The notes beneath the pieces are model-generated. The model made no database searches, was not told where the DNA came from, and was given only the letters and a program-made list of their open reading frames with translations. Positions 36,620 to 49,318 of a stretch of 64,000 bases of DNA are shown here, piece after piece. This stretch comes from Podarcis muralis (lineage: Eukaryota): the NCBI RefSeq assembly GCF_964188315.1, contig NC_135667.1:12462001-12526000 (forward strand). Direction: 5' to 3'. The translations under genes were made by a program, and so were the position numbers. Within the stretch, counting starts at the first letter, position 1; each line of letters begins with the position of its first letter.

Positions 36620-37270
36620 GCTCTCAGGGGTTAACCAAACTATTGAGTCCCTGGATTTCTTTAACAGAATAACCTTCACATAGGAATGGCGAGAGTGTTC
36701 TCCCATCCCTATCACCTGAACCAGAGCCTATCTGCCACATGAGCACCACGCTCGCCACCAACCACTCACACCTGCAACCAAACCCTGCTGACATGGAGGT
36801 CAGCCACAAATCATTCCCAATTACAGACAGATGAACCCCATCAAACCTGTAAAGGGACGCATCACAGAAGGTAATGCCCAGGTGACGGATCACCGTCCCG
36901 CCCAAGGCCAGAACCTTCTTGACCACAATGCTCTGGAAGCGCCTCCTGGCCCTCTCGGTGGCAGCTGGGCATTGGCTACCACACCACACATGTCGCTTCA
37001 ACAACTGCCACCAAAAAGTTTTGAGTCCAGGAAGAGCTGCCTTCAACTCTTCCAAGTCCTCCTGCATGCGGGTCCACAGGCTCAAGTGGGAGCTTCCGGC
37101 AAATCGTTCTCGCCCAGCTGCACCACCATCGTGAATTTATTTAGGGGGGAGGTCTCTGGGTCTGAGCACGCAAAAGCTGGGTTTTCCCAGCTTTTCAAGA
37201 AAACCAATAGCTCCTTGGAGGGCCTCATCCATCGCCCATGCATGTGGGTCACCAATGCTGTACTCTAGTC
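36620..37270 (-). mobile_element. Degenerate SGNH/GDSL hydrolase remnant, probably from a Ngaro/DIRS-type retrotransposon
   Basis: MVVQLGENDL (block III GxND), then after a frameshift LYRFDGVHLSVIGNDLWL (block V DxxH). Confidence 0.6.
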
Positions 37271-38069
37271 TTCTGCTGTACTTATGAACTTCTTACCTAC
37301 TGTCCCCCCAGCCACATCCTGAAATCTCCCTCCTTTGCTGATTCCCCTACTTCACTCCACTGAACCACAAGACTGAAGTCAGCTTGTTAACTCTTTTGCT
37401 AGTCTGTGTCAAAGAATCAGTTTTAATGGGTGGCAGAGGTAGATGCCTCTTTACTTAATGAGTGCAACTCACACAACATTCACCTGTAACTAGAAAAATC
37501 TCCAGTGTTTCATACAGGAGACAACTGGCTAAATAAAGTATGTGACCAATTGACCAATATGATTCAAGTGAGAGAAGGCAGACAGGATTATGATCAGTTT
37601 GTTGAAAAAAATATTATTATTGTTGTATATTGGGGTAGTAAGGTGCAGGAAAATATAGATCCATATGCATTGCTGGGAGGCTTTGAGATTGCATGCAACA
37701 CTCAATTTATTGAACTTCATTAGAAAACAAATGATAACAGTATTTTTCTTTTCCCTCTTTTTTCCTCCCATCCCCCCACCTTATTTTATTGTGATCTTTC
37801 CTAATATATTATGTTGTGTTATTGTTGTATAATATCAAAAACATTAAATATTCTTGTATTATGCAATATAAAACCTTGTATTCTTTGGAGGAAAGTCAGG
37901 GTAGAAATATAATAAAAAAGTTATATAAACTTGTTTTAGAACTCTCTTGCCTGTTCGTGAACCAGAAGCAGCTCTTCGTCATAGACAAAAAAGTAACTTT
38001 TTGCAGACAATGCAAAAAATCATGAAGTTTGAGCAACATTTGCACATTATTCACACGAGTAGGCAACTC

Positions 38070-39027
38070 TCAACTCTTTTTCAAAATGGCCAGTCTTCTC
38101 AGCGCCTTGGCTGTTGCACCATGAATATCCTTGTTCCGCAGAGTATAAATGATAGGATTAAGCAAAGGGGTGACCACAATGTAAAAGACAGCAATTTTCT
38201 TGTCACGATCAGAAGTTGAACCCGACTGTGGAATCATGTACATAGAGATGACGGTGCTATAGAACAAGGTGACCACGATCAGGTGGGAGCCGCATGTGGA
38301 GAGGGCCTTGCGCAGTCCAGTGGTGGATCTCATTTGCAATACTGAGGAGAGAACAAGCCCATAGGATATAAGGATAATTGTCAGAGGAATTAATAGCAAT
38401 GCTACTGATGCCAAGAATATGAAAGCCTCCGTGAGGTGTGTGTCGGCACATGAAAGTTTCAGCACCACCGGCAGCTCACAAAAGAAGTGGTTGATGTGGT
38501 TGGCATGGCAGAAGGGGAGGCCAAGGGTGCTCCCCACGTTTATTGAAGCAAGGAGGAAGCCACCTGCCCAACAGACCGAGGCAAGCAGGACTTGACGCCC
38601 CCAGCCCATGATACTGACATATAATAGAGGATGGCAGATAGCTAAGCAGCGGTCATAGGCCATGGCACTGAGAAGAAGACATTCAGTGCCACCCAGGGCC
38701 AATGTGATGTACATCTGTGTCATACAGCATATGAAGGAGATGGCACCATTGCCAGACAGGAGGTGAGCCAGCATCTGGGGCAACGTGGTGGTGACATAAC
38801 AGATCTCCAGGCCTGAAAGGTTTGTCAGGAAGAAGTACATGGGTGTGTGGAGGGAAGAGTCGGCCCACACAAGCATAATGATCACCAGGTTCCCCATAAT
38901 GGTGAGGGAGTAGATGATGAAGATGACCACAAAGAGTAGAATCTGTGTCCTTCGGTCATTGGTGAATCCCATCAATATAAAATATTTGATAGAGGTCAAG
39001 TTCTCATCACCTATTCTGACCTCTTCC
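38070..39027 (-). CDS. OR-3 class II olfactory receptor main exon; classical start is ATA (39014)
   Basis: ctctgcag|G GAA GAG GTC AGA ATA GGT GAT GAG AAC. Open 7TM frame with [44 protein letters not shown]. Confidence 0.9.
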
Positions 39028-39429
39028 CTGCAGAGAAAGGGAAACAGTGAAAGAGCAGCGGCACGCTCAGGAAACGGGGCATGTCTCAAACAAGCTGTGT
39101 TCCACTCATCGCAATATCGGATTGATCCCAGAACAAGCTAATCCAAGAGTGCAAGTGCACAATTGTCTCATTCCAAACTGATGAAAAGCTTCCCACAGGG
39201 CATGAATAGAGAGATATTCACTCCATTTGTGTGTCACTTTCAAATAAGAAAGGCTACCAGGTAACACACACTGCTTATCATTGAGTCATACAGGCCATAG
39301 TTGGCAAATATACTTCAAACCATGGTGTCACATCAGAGTTTTTGTGGTTTATATTTTGATTTTGTCCTGTGAATTGGCCCTGAGACCTCCAGGTATAGGG
39401 CAGTATATAAATTCATTAAAAAAATAAAT

Positions 39430-39749
39430 CATAGGCGCCAACTCCTAGGGGCCGAGGCCCCTTTGGCTCCCCCAATAAAATATTTGAGGGGACTGGGACC
39501 CCCTAAGTCAGTCATAGGCAAACTCGGTCCTCCAGATGTTTTGGGACTACAACTCCCATCGTCCCTGACCACTGGTCCTTTTAGCTAGGGATGATGGGAG
39601 TTGTAGTCCCAAAACATCTGGAGGGCTGAGTTTGCCTATGCCTACCCTAAGTTGATTCAAATAGTGTGTATACACAACGTCATGTGATGAATTATGAAGG
39701 GTAGAGCTTACCTCCCCTCCCCAATATTTTATTCCAGTTGGCACCCCTG
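39430..39749. mobile_element. hAT-type MITE containing a nested palindromic MITE (39509-39644)
   Basis: Outer TIRs CATAGGCGCCAACT / AGTTGGCACCCCTG. The inner element is a near-perfect hairpin with exact 8-bp TSD CCCTAAGT. Confidence 0.8.
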
Positions 39750-39922
39750 GAGATCATAGTTTACTGGGATAAAATAGATGTTTTAAGGGAGACCACCATT
39801 GTATGTATGTAGCCCATCTTCACAATATCCATTAAAATAAGAACATAGGCTGCATTCACACACACGCGCACACACACACACACACACAAATCCCATTTCC
39901 AAATTGAAGAACACGATCTTAC

Positions 39923-39972
39923 CACTGCTCTTCTCTTTGTTGTTTTTCAGCAACCCCCAAATAGTTATCCAT
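39923..39972 (-). CDS. Predicted OR-3 upstream coding mini-exon (MDNYLGVAEKQQREEQ-W)
   Basis: GACATGG start context; 16 codons plus 2 nt; donor GTG|GTAAGATCGTGTTCTTCAA; in frame with the acceptor at 39027. Confidence 0.7.
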
Positions 39973-41479
39973 GTCACTGGTATGTGTAACTGTAAATGAT
40001 AGCTGAGGGGGTTCCAGTCAGCTGTCTTAGCGTGAGACGTTGAACAATCAAAGGAATTGTCAGTAATCTCAAGGAGGAACTTGCTGCATCTCTCTTTAAG
40101 GGGCTTCTGCTGAGGGAAGGCAGCTCTGTGCTGCTTGGAAAGACTGCCTGTTGCAGGGCACTCGGTAGTCTAATGCCTTGTGGTTTACTTGCAGTTTGCT
40201 TCTGCTAACCTTTCTGAAATCAAATTGGTTGTGAGGGAAATTGATCAACACATGGCCCAGCCAATCAGTGCTGTGCCTCCCTGCTCTGAGCAAGTGGGGC
40301 AGGTTAGTCTAGGACTGACACAAGGTCCAAACAATCAGTGCTATGAACATCTAGATTCATCTCAAACAGGAAAATGCATGTTTTCCCTGCCTCCCATCCT
40401 AAAGAAAAAGTTATATGTATGTTTGCAGGTCATCAGGTGGTTGTCCTTCTCTCTCCTGTGAACTGGGATCCTTTAACTGGAGATGGACCACAGATAGACC
40501 ACAGAAAAAATCTTGCTCTCCTTCTGATATGCTTCTACCTGGCCAGATACTTGATGAACCTCCAACCTAGTTTTAATGCCTACTAAGATGGGGCTCAACA
40601 CAACCTGGCTTGCTCAGCTGCCTATTCCCAACAATAGAAATTGGACAGCACACCAGTATTTGTATTCTCCCTATGACATTTTGCATTCTTTCCCCCTTGC
40701 TTGCTATTCATTATGATAATGAGGACAGTGCATCTACTCCACAGGGACTCCCTTAGTGCCTTTTCTCTTCAGCCATTAATAGGTGTTTATTTCCTGAACC
40801 TCATGGGGCTTCATGTTCTTAACATACCACAGATATGGAAGAATAATTCTATGCTGACTTTGAATCAGAATTGTATGCATTGTAATAAAAACAAATAAGC
40901 ACATCTCACATTCTCTTATCTGAATGTATGCAAACTGAGCATATTTGAATTCGTCTCTGTGGGTTTCATGTTTTCCTTAGCATTCAGGGCGCATGGTATG
41001 CTCTTGGGAAGTTGCCTTATACTGAGTCAGATTATTGGCCCAACTAGCTCAGGGTCGCCTATGCTGAGTAGCAACTGCTCTCCAGAATTTCAGAAAGGGG
41101 ACATTTTCAGAGATTTTTAGTTTGCAGGTTGCAATCCGGATTTGGCTCTGGGGTGAACTGGAATGGGTGCACACCAGACCAGACTTATGAATTATGCTGT
41201 GCCCACTTGCAATTCCCAAGCAACTGGTATCCAGAGGAACAGTGACTCTGACAATGGAGATGTAATACAGACATTATTGATATCCTTATCCTCTATGAAT
41301 CTGTCCAATCCTCCTTTAAAACCATTCTGGGAGCATGTTCCATTATGAGCTGCTGCTACCAGCTATAACTCCCTGTCGGCCTTGCAAGCATTTGTGCCAG
41401 ACAAGGATGCCATGAGTACCTGACCTGCCTTCACATTCACCCACTTCTAATTTAGGAGGGTCCAGAATTCCTCCTAAAA

Positions 41480-41841
41480 GGGACGCGGGTGGCACTGTGG
41501 GTTAAAGCCTCAGAGCCTAGGACTTGCCGATCGAAAGGTCGGAGGTTCGAATCCCCGCGGCGGGGTGCGCTCCCGTTGCTCGGTCCCAGCGCCTGCCAAC
41601 CTAGCAGTTCGAAAGCACCTTTGGGTGCAAGTAGATAAATAGGGACCGCTTACTAGCGGGAAGGTAAACGGCGTTCCGTGTGCTGCGCTGGCTCGCCAGA
41701 TGCAGCTTGTCACGCTGGCCACGTGACCCGGAAGTGTCTGCGGACAGCGCTGGCCCCCGGCCTATAGAGTGAGATGGGCGCACAACCCTAGAGTCTGTCA
41801 AGACTGGCCCGTATGGGCAGGGGTACCTTTACCTTTACCTT
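41480..41841 (+). mobile_element. Full-length Sauria SINE
   Basis: Head GGGACGCGGGTGG, (ACCTTT)n tail, 15-bp TSD AGAATTCCTCCTAAA. Confidence 0.94.
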
Positions 41842-41915
41842 AGAATTCCTCCTAAAGCATCTGTGAAGGTAGATTCTGCCACTGTGTAAGCATTCTCCTT
41901 CAACCCAATCCCCCT

Positions 41916-42270
41916 AAAGGTAAAGGTAAAGGCACCCCTGACAGTTAAGTCCAGTCACGAATGACTCTGGGGTTGCGGCGCTCATCTCGCTTTACAGGCT
42001 GAGGGAGCTGGTGTTTGTCCGCAGGCAGTTTTTTCTGGGTCATCTGGCCAGCATGACTAAGTGAAACCAGAGCAGTGCATGGAAATGCTGTTTACCTTCC
42101 CACTGGAGCGGTACCTATTTATCTACTTGCACTTTGACGTGCTTTCGAACTGCTAGGTTGGCAGGAGCTGGGACCGAGCAACGGGAGCTCACCCCGTCAC
42201 GAGGATTCGAACCGCCAACCTTCTGATCGGCAAGACTCAGTGGTTTAGACCACAGCTCCACCCGCATCCC
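41916..42270 (-). mobile_element. Sauria SINE (different subfamily), tail-to-tail with 41480-41841
   Basis: AAAGGTAAAGGTAAAGG tail on the + strand; head CACCCGCATCCC at the right end. Confidence 0.9.
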
Positions 42271-43089
42271 TCAATCTCCCTAGATGACTTCAGAAATTTG
42301 ACGTTCTCCTTGTCAGTGCCACTCTCCAAAAACAAATATTTTATTAATATTCTGAGCCATTTCTGTTCTCCATAAATTCCCTTTCTATGCAAGCACTTAT
42401 AGTTGAAATTCTCCCTTTGGGAGGGTCAAACTATTTTCTTGAGCTCCATCCACAATGTCCCATCTGGCATGGCATCTGTGACTGATATTGCCCTTTTCCA
42501 GGTAAAACTTTAAGAGGACCTTTTATGTATCAAACCTTTGGTTCAATCTTAGATTATCCCAGAACCCATCTACCATATGGGGGGGGGGGTGTCTATGGTC
42601 ACCCTCCATATCAGCACACATAATATTGAGGGTTTAGCGAAGAGTCTCAGTATCTTATTTTTAGCCAATGTATTTCTTTACTTCAGCCAATATAGTTCAG
42701 GGTTACAGAAGAGGAAAAAAATAAGGTTAATCAATCACATATAGAATATATCACCTGACAAGGGAATACAAAAATAAGGCAATATAATCAAGTGTATTCA
42801 ATTGTAGAGTTGAAGCAAATATATTTAATTATCTGGGAATACAAGAGTGAGGTTATTTTTTTAAGAGAAGACTGAGTTGGTACCAAAAGGGAGCAATGTC
42901 TATACCTCATCTCTCCTTTGAAGAGACAAAACTTAAGATACACACCTAAATTCAATTGCTAACTTCACCACTGTGAAGGGAAGATGTAGCTTGGCCCTAA
43001 AATACTTGAATTTCTGCAGGTGCTGCTGGTAAGATCGCCTAGTGCCCTAAACCCATTAGGGCAGAAGTGATGGTATACTGGGATGTCAA

Positions 43090-43700
43090 ATTCCAAAGTT
43101 CCACAGAACGCACAGAATCCACTGGGTTCCAGCTCCCAGAATAGCTCCATCAGAAACCAAGAGAGGGCATCAGCAATGCAATTCTGCAGGCCTGGGATGT
43201 GGTGGGTCACAAACAAGATATTAAAGCATGCCTTAATAACTCTCCAAACCTGTGCTTTGTAGGCATGGGACATGCAGAAGTGTGGGTAAGCCCTGAGTGG
43301 GTATATCATTGCAAATGAAATCTGAAAACAGCCCTCTATCTTGGCTACTGTACCTTGGCTTTGGTGTTCCAATAAAGAGAAAATTATTTTCGTTGTAGGG
43401 GGGGGAGAAAAATATTGAAGTCAGAAGGAGGATCTGGTGGGAATTCCCAGCATCCCTGTCTCCCTTCCATGAGGCTTTGGTGCTCAGATCTCCCCAGCAG
43501 CAGTGTTGGCTCCAGAAAAGAGAGAAGTTATCAAGATTTGGCTGTGAACAATGACCCGTGAAAGGACTAGCAAGTCGAGGAGCTGGCACTGAGGACAGAA
43601 GCTGTTCAGTTCTCCTTGATTTTTCTTGGCCTAAGAGTTCCATGCTAGCTAGAGTTTTCTTGGGTTGGTCCTTTAGGGCATGGGAAGACAATATGGTGCT
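43090..43700 (-). mobile_element. Degenerate DIRS/Ngaro-type RNase H remnant
   Basis: CFNILFVTHHIPGLQNCIADALSWFLMELF resembles the HIPGxxNxxADALSR RNase H motif of tyrosine-recombinase and LTR retroelements. Confidence 0.55.
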
Positions 43701-43964
43701 CTGCAGAGGACGCTGAGTTGTTCTGAATGGGGAATGAAAGAACCATCTATGCCACCTTGACTTCTTTGGAGGAAAAATTGGGCATAAAATAAATAAATCA
43801 ATGGCATAAACTTGCTCTACAACTTTCTTAGAAGCTCCTGCTCCAGAAACAGCTCCTGGTCATTGACAAAGAGACAGCTCCATGTCCCAGGAGATATGCC
43901 TCTCCTGTGCCAAAACCTGATGCTCAAGCAACATTTCCATATTATTCATACTAGAAGGCAATGA

Positions 43965-44915
43965 TCAACTCTTTTGCTTAATGTCCAGTCTTTGCAACAC
44001 CTTGGCTATTGCATCATGGATATCCTTGTTCCGAAGAGTATAAATGATAGGGTTGAGTAAAGGGGTGACTACAAGGTAGAAAATGGCAATTTTCTTGTCA
44101 CGATCAGAAGTTGAACCCGACCGGGGAATCAAGTACATAGAGATGACAGTGCCATAGAACAAGGTGACCACAATCAGATGGGAGCCACACGTGGAGAAGG
44201 CCTTGCGCCATCCAGCAGTTGACCTCATTTTCAATACTGAGGAGATAACAAACCCATAGGAGGTCATGATAATTGAAAGAGGAAGTAGGACCCCAAGTGA
44301 AGCTGCCAAAAAGATGGCGGCCTCTGTAATGTAGGTGTCAGTGCATGAAAGTTTAATCACCATTGCCATCTCACAGATGAAGTGGTCAATACGGTTCAGG
44401 CCACAGAAGTAGAGAGAAGTGGCGCTGCCAACCATTAGAGAACCAAGGAGGAAGCCACCAACCCAAGTGACTGAGGCAAGCAGAAATTGTCGCCACCAGC
44501 CCATGACACTAGTATATATTAGAGGATGACAGATAGCTAGGTAGCGATCATAGGCCATTACACCTAGAAGAAGGCATTCACAGGATCCAAGGGACAGTGT
44601 GATGTACATCTGTGCCATACAACGGGTGAAGGAGATGGCTCCATTGCCAGACACGAGGCTTGCCATCGTTTGAGGCAAGGTGGTGGTGACATAGCAGATC
44701 TCTAGGCCTGCTAAGTTGCTCAAGAAGAAGTACATTGGTATGTGAAGTGAAGACTCAACCCACACAAGCATGATGATCAACAGGTTCCCCACAATGGTCA
44801 GGGAGTATATGATGAGGACTACCACAAAGAGAAGAATCTGTGTCCTTCGATCACTGGAGAATCCCACCAATATAAACTCTTTCACAAAAGTGACGTTTTC
44901 TTCCCCCATCCTCAT
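43965..44915 (-). CDS. OR-4 class II olfactory receptor (ATG 44915 or 44909)
   Basis: [53 protein letters not shown]; acceptor ctgcag|G at 44922. Confidence 0.96.
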   Translation of the reverse strand: MRMGEENVTFVKEFILVGFSSDRRTQILLFVVVLIIYSLTIVGNLLIIMLVWVESSLHIPMYFFLSNLAGLEICYVTTTLPQTMASLVSGNGAISFTRCMAQMYITLSLGSCECLLLGVMAYDRYLAICHPLIYTSVMGWWRQFLLASVTWVGGFLLGSLMVGSATSLYFCGLNRIDHFICEMAMVIKLSCTDTYITEAAIFLAASLGVLLPLSIIMTSYGFVISSVLKMRSTAGWRKAFSTCGSHLIVVTLFYGTVISMYLIPRSGSTSDRDKKIAIFYLVVTPLLNPIIYTLRNKDIHDAIAKVLQRLDIKQKS

Positions 44916-45298
44916 CTCCTTCCTGCAGAGAAAGGGCGACAGGGGAGACCAGAGAAATTATCTGAAAACCATAAGTATAGCCTTGTTTGGGGCCCTACAA
45001 GACTGGGGTCAAACCATGAACAACCATGAGCCTCAATTTCATTTTTTTAAAAATCCCAGCAAGTGTCTTTAGTTTCCCATTAATTGAAATTTCCTTCACT
45101 ACTGCATGTCTTTGAGTCATTGTGATTGTGAGAACAGCTTGTTTATTCTTTATTTAACAATCTATTGAAGTATAGATAATTGTTTTATTTTTTTTGGTAA
45201 ACCACTTTGGGTTTTCTTACAATAAATGCTATATGAATTTATATGAATGTATATATTTCTTGATGTTCATGGTTTTATTTACTTATTTATGTTAGAGC

Positions 45299-45654
45299 GG
45301 GTGGTGCTGTGGGTAAAACCTCAGCGCCTAGGACTTGCCGATCGCATGGTCGGCAGTTCAAATCCCCGCGGCGGGGTGAGCTCCCGTCGTTCGGTCCCAG
45401 CTCCTGCCCACCTAGCAGTTCGAAAGCACCCCCGGGTGCAAGTAGATAAATGGGGACCGCTTACTAGCGGGAAGGTAAACGGCATTTCCGTGTGCTGCGC
45501 TGGTGCTGGCTCACCAGAGCAGCTTCGTCATGCTGGCCACGTGACCCGGAAGTGTCTGCGGACAGCGCTGGCTCCCGGCCTCTAGAGTGAGATGAGCGCA
45601 CAACCCTAGAGTCTGTCAAGACTGGCCCGTACGGGCAGGGGTACCTTTACCTTT
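45299..45654 (+). mobile_element. Sauria SINE
   Basis: 13-bp TSD TTTATGTTAGAGC. Confidence 0.92.
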
Positions 45655-45666
45655 TTTATGTTAGAG

Positions 45667-45788
45667 CAGGCATCCCCAATGTTTTGGGATTACAGTTCCC
45701 ATCATCCCTGACCACTGGTCCGGTTAGCTAGGGATGATGGGAGTTGTAGTCCCAAAACATCTGGAGGGCTGATTTTGGGGGGTTCCTG
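45667..45788. mobile_element. hAT-type palindromic MITE
   Basis: CAGGCATCCCC...GGGGGTTCCTG with TSD TGTTAGAG / TGTTACAG; same family as 39509-39644. Confidence 0.72.
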
Positions 45789-46839
45789 TGTTACAGGAAT
45801 CATAGTGCTGGGACACCATCTTGTTTAGTGACATAAACACCCCGCTGATATGTTGAGTTTAGTTCTGTGCATTCATTATTTTTTGTGGTATATGGTTGCA
45901 AGAACTGCCCTGGGATTCATTTATTTATTTTATATTTTTAAGAAAAGAACTGTGCAAATGAGATGATAAAGAAACACATGAGAGTTTTATTTTCTTTGAG
46001 GGTCTATTTGGGCTATGTGGAAGGGTATGAGTGGAAAGAAAATGGTTCCTCATTCATAGTAGTGGTGATTTGGTCTAATAAGGTAGAAGGCAGGGGAACC
46101 AGGAATAGGAGACCAACTGATTCGAGTTTTGTCCCCAACCTCCTCTTAGATAAGTTTTACAAGGGCAACATTAAGACTAACCAAGGGGGAGGAAGAATAA
46201 AACAATAGAAATACTCAGCTAACTGACCAGTCTTCATGGCTGCTGTTCTCCCAAACACAGCATAAATGAATTTCAGAGTGAGGCCTTTGAGAAATTTAAA
46301 AAAGAAATAAAAAAGATAGAGGAACCCCTTTAAAGAAGAAACTACAGACCCAAAACTACATATAATTCTCTGCATACAGCAGAGTAACTTTTCAAGAATG
46401 GATAGTGCCCACAAACGTTAGGGGTTTCCTCCATACCCAACCACCAATTGACTTACAAATTACTCAATATTATCTGACCTTTGTATGCTGCACAGGGTTC
46501 ACCAGCAGCTGTTAAGAAATTTCTCTTGCAGCAGTGTTTTCTTAAGGCATATGAAAGCTGAATAGCTTTCTCTTGAGGGCTGCAAAAAAACGGCAAGGAC
46601 GTTCACTGTAATACTGGTGACTTCATAGGAAAGCTGCTTGCAGCATCTGGTATTTGCATGCAGAAAAAAAACAAAAACGAGAGCCAGTGAAAGGATTCTT
46701 GCTTTGGAGTAAGATCTGCTTCTCTCTGCCTTCTCTCTTTTACAGGTGATATCCAGTTCTACCTCTCCTTTAAAACAGAACCAATGAAGGTCCTATGTGA
46801 GTGTCTGTAGGCGGTTTGAGGATGAATGGTGGTTAATGG

Positions 46840-47040
46840 GCTTTGAAGACACTCAAACTCAGGACGCAAGGGAGAAACATGCCAAGAGGAAGGCACGCTT
46901 GGCAAATCCACACCGTGATCAACTCCCACCCGGAAACCAATGTCCCCACTGTGGAAGGACGTATGGATCCAGAATTGGCCTCCACAGTCACTTACGGACT
47001 CATGGTTAAAACCGTGTTTATGGAAGACAATCTTACTCAG
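46840..47040 (+). mobile_element. RTE-clade LINE 3' end with C2H2 motif
   Basis: FEDTQTQDAREKHAKRKAR...NQCPHCGRTYGSRIGLHSHLRTHG*. Confidence 0.8.
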
Positions 47041-49318
47041 CTGGGGCTGCATGCAGACGAACAAAGAAACGAGAGCCAGTGAAAGGGCTCTTGCTTTGGA
47101 GTAAGATCTGCCTCTCCCTGCCTTCTCCCTTTTACAGAAACACAGATTCTGGAACGGCAGCTGCTTGCGTCTCTTCTCTGATATACTTCCAATAGTCTTC
47201 TCTCTATGCACACAAGTGCTTGTTATGGTTATCTGATTAAATGTTCATTGGGCACTTTAGAGATAAAGATTCCCCCCACCTCTCATTTGCACATTTACAT
47301 TGTCTTGGGGAAGTGGAGAAACGTGGGGAATATGAGGTGGCTTACTAGCCAGCTCAAAGGCCTGGCCAATCAGTCATTCAACCCTGCAAAAATCCAGCTT
47401 CTCCTGAGGCAAGCGATTAAGACAGCTTAATCAATTATGGTGGAAAGAATATAAATATGCTCAGTGCTTTTCTTGGGTGCTGCCCCAACAAGTTTTGAAA
47501 GTCTTCCAAAATGAGGGTTAATCACAGCCTAGCTTATTCCACTACCTAACTCTTCTCAGCTTTAAAACAGAGACAGCAGTGGTGAATGATTTCTCCCTGC
47601 CATTTTACAAAGGCATGGTGATTCATTAAGTTAATAAAGACTGTGAGTTCCCACACTGGATCTGCTCCAATTCCTTTTGTATCTCTGGTCCCTCAGCTCA
47701 TTAACAATTCTTTACCTTTACCTTCAGCCACTTGGGCCTGAGACTTTTGACATAGCTATTAACAATACACAAGGGAAAGATTTTCCAAGAAATGAATGGA
47801 ATGGAGTATTCTAGTAACCTAGCTATGACATGTGCTCTACTAGAATACTCCATTCCACCTAATCTTTTCTCTCCTGCCACCAACAAATACTCAGTAGTCT
47901 GTGAAAACTGAGCATGCTCTCTCAGTTTTCTCTCTCTTAGGTTCTTTTAGGGTTTATGTCCGTCCGTCCCCTTAGTTTCCCTTCCACACACAAAAAGATG
48001 TAGATTCCTGGAAGAGCTGGATTTTCCACAAGCTGGTCAATAGCTCCCTCATGTTCACTGGAGACAACATTTTGCGTAAATAATTATTGGCATTCATACC
48101 CAAAACATTGGTAATGTAGAAAATGATACTGCACCCACCATCAAAGGTGAACAAAGTAGGTATAGAACTGCAAATGTGGTTTGAAAACAACCCTATACCA
48201 GGACTCCATATTATGTGTTGATTTTTAAAGACTTATTTGCAGCTTTCTTGCAAAATATCAGAGTTGTGTACAGCACTATAAGGCAAGGAGGATGTTGGAT
48301 CACACTTTAAGGATGCATTCCAGCCTGGAAAGGGAAGTATAGGAGGGTGCAGAGTAGGGCCAGTGAAGGAGGAGGCCTTGGGAAATTAGCCTATGAGCTG
48401 GTGAAATAGGCCTGCAGGTGCCTGAGTGGGGTCTGGGGAGCTCACTGCATCCCGCTGTGTCACTCAAGCCCGTGTCTGCCAACTTGAAAGGCAGAGCAGG
48501 TGTGACCTGGGAGTGTGTCCCTCCCATGGACGAGCTTCTGTCTCTGGCATGATTTGCGGTTGGTTGCTCCATAATTTGGACAATTGGCATTAATCAAGAG
48601 GCGCTCCTGAACCAACATATGCTAATGGGCTGCAATCAGTCAGCTGCCGATAGGACTGGGCTTGGCTCCTTGAAGGTATCTGAATGTTTTTCCTTGAAGC
48701 TTGAGAATCCGTACAATAGACAGGAAAGGAAGGGGAAGGGGAAGGTGCTTTGTGCTTTCTTGTGGTTTTCAAATGGTCTCCCTTTTTTCCTGTCCTCTCC
48801 TGTTATTCTGTTTCTTACTTCGGAGAAGAGAGGGAAGGCTTTTGATTTATGCTCAACAATGAATTTAACAAGGTTTTACTATGCCCTCCCCCTTTGACTG
48901 AGGCTGAATGGACTTTATTTAAAATTATTCCTGGGCTGGACTAGGAGTGCTGTTGGAGAAATACTGTTTAAAAAGTATGAACTGCTGCTGATCTGGTACA
49001 GAACAGATCTGGCAAAGAGGCTGAATTTGAGAAAAGATCTTGTTTTTAACTGTGTGCTGAGGAAGAACTCCAGAGCGGAATTTTCATAGTGGAGTTTGGA
49101 TATTCACTCTGTCAGTTATTTACAGCTGCAGCTCATACGCCGGTCTGTAAGCAGCGGGGGGAATCGAATGTGACCTTGTACCATCCAGAAAAAGACTGCA
49201 AAGAACTGAACAATGGAAGATAGCAATTACCTCTCCCAGCACACCAGGTCCGGTATAATGATGTATATGAAGGACTACACACGTGAAAAGTATTATTTAT
49301 AACATGTAACGGAGGTGC

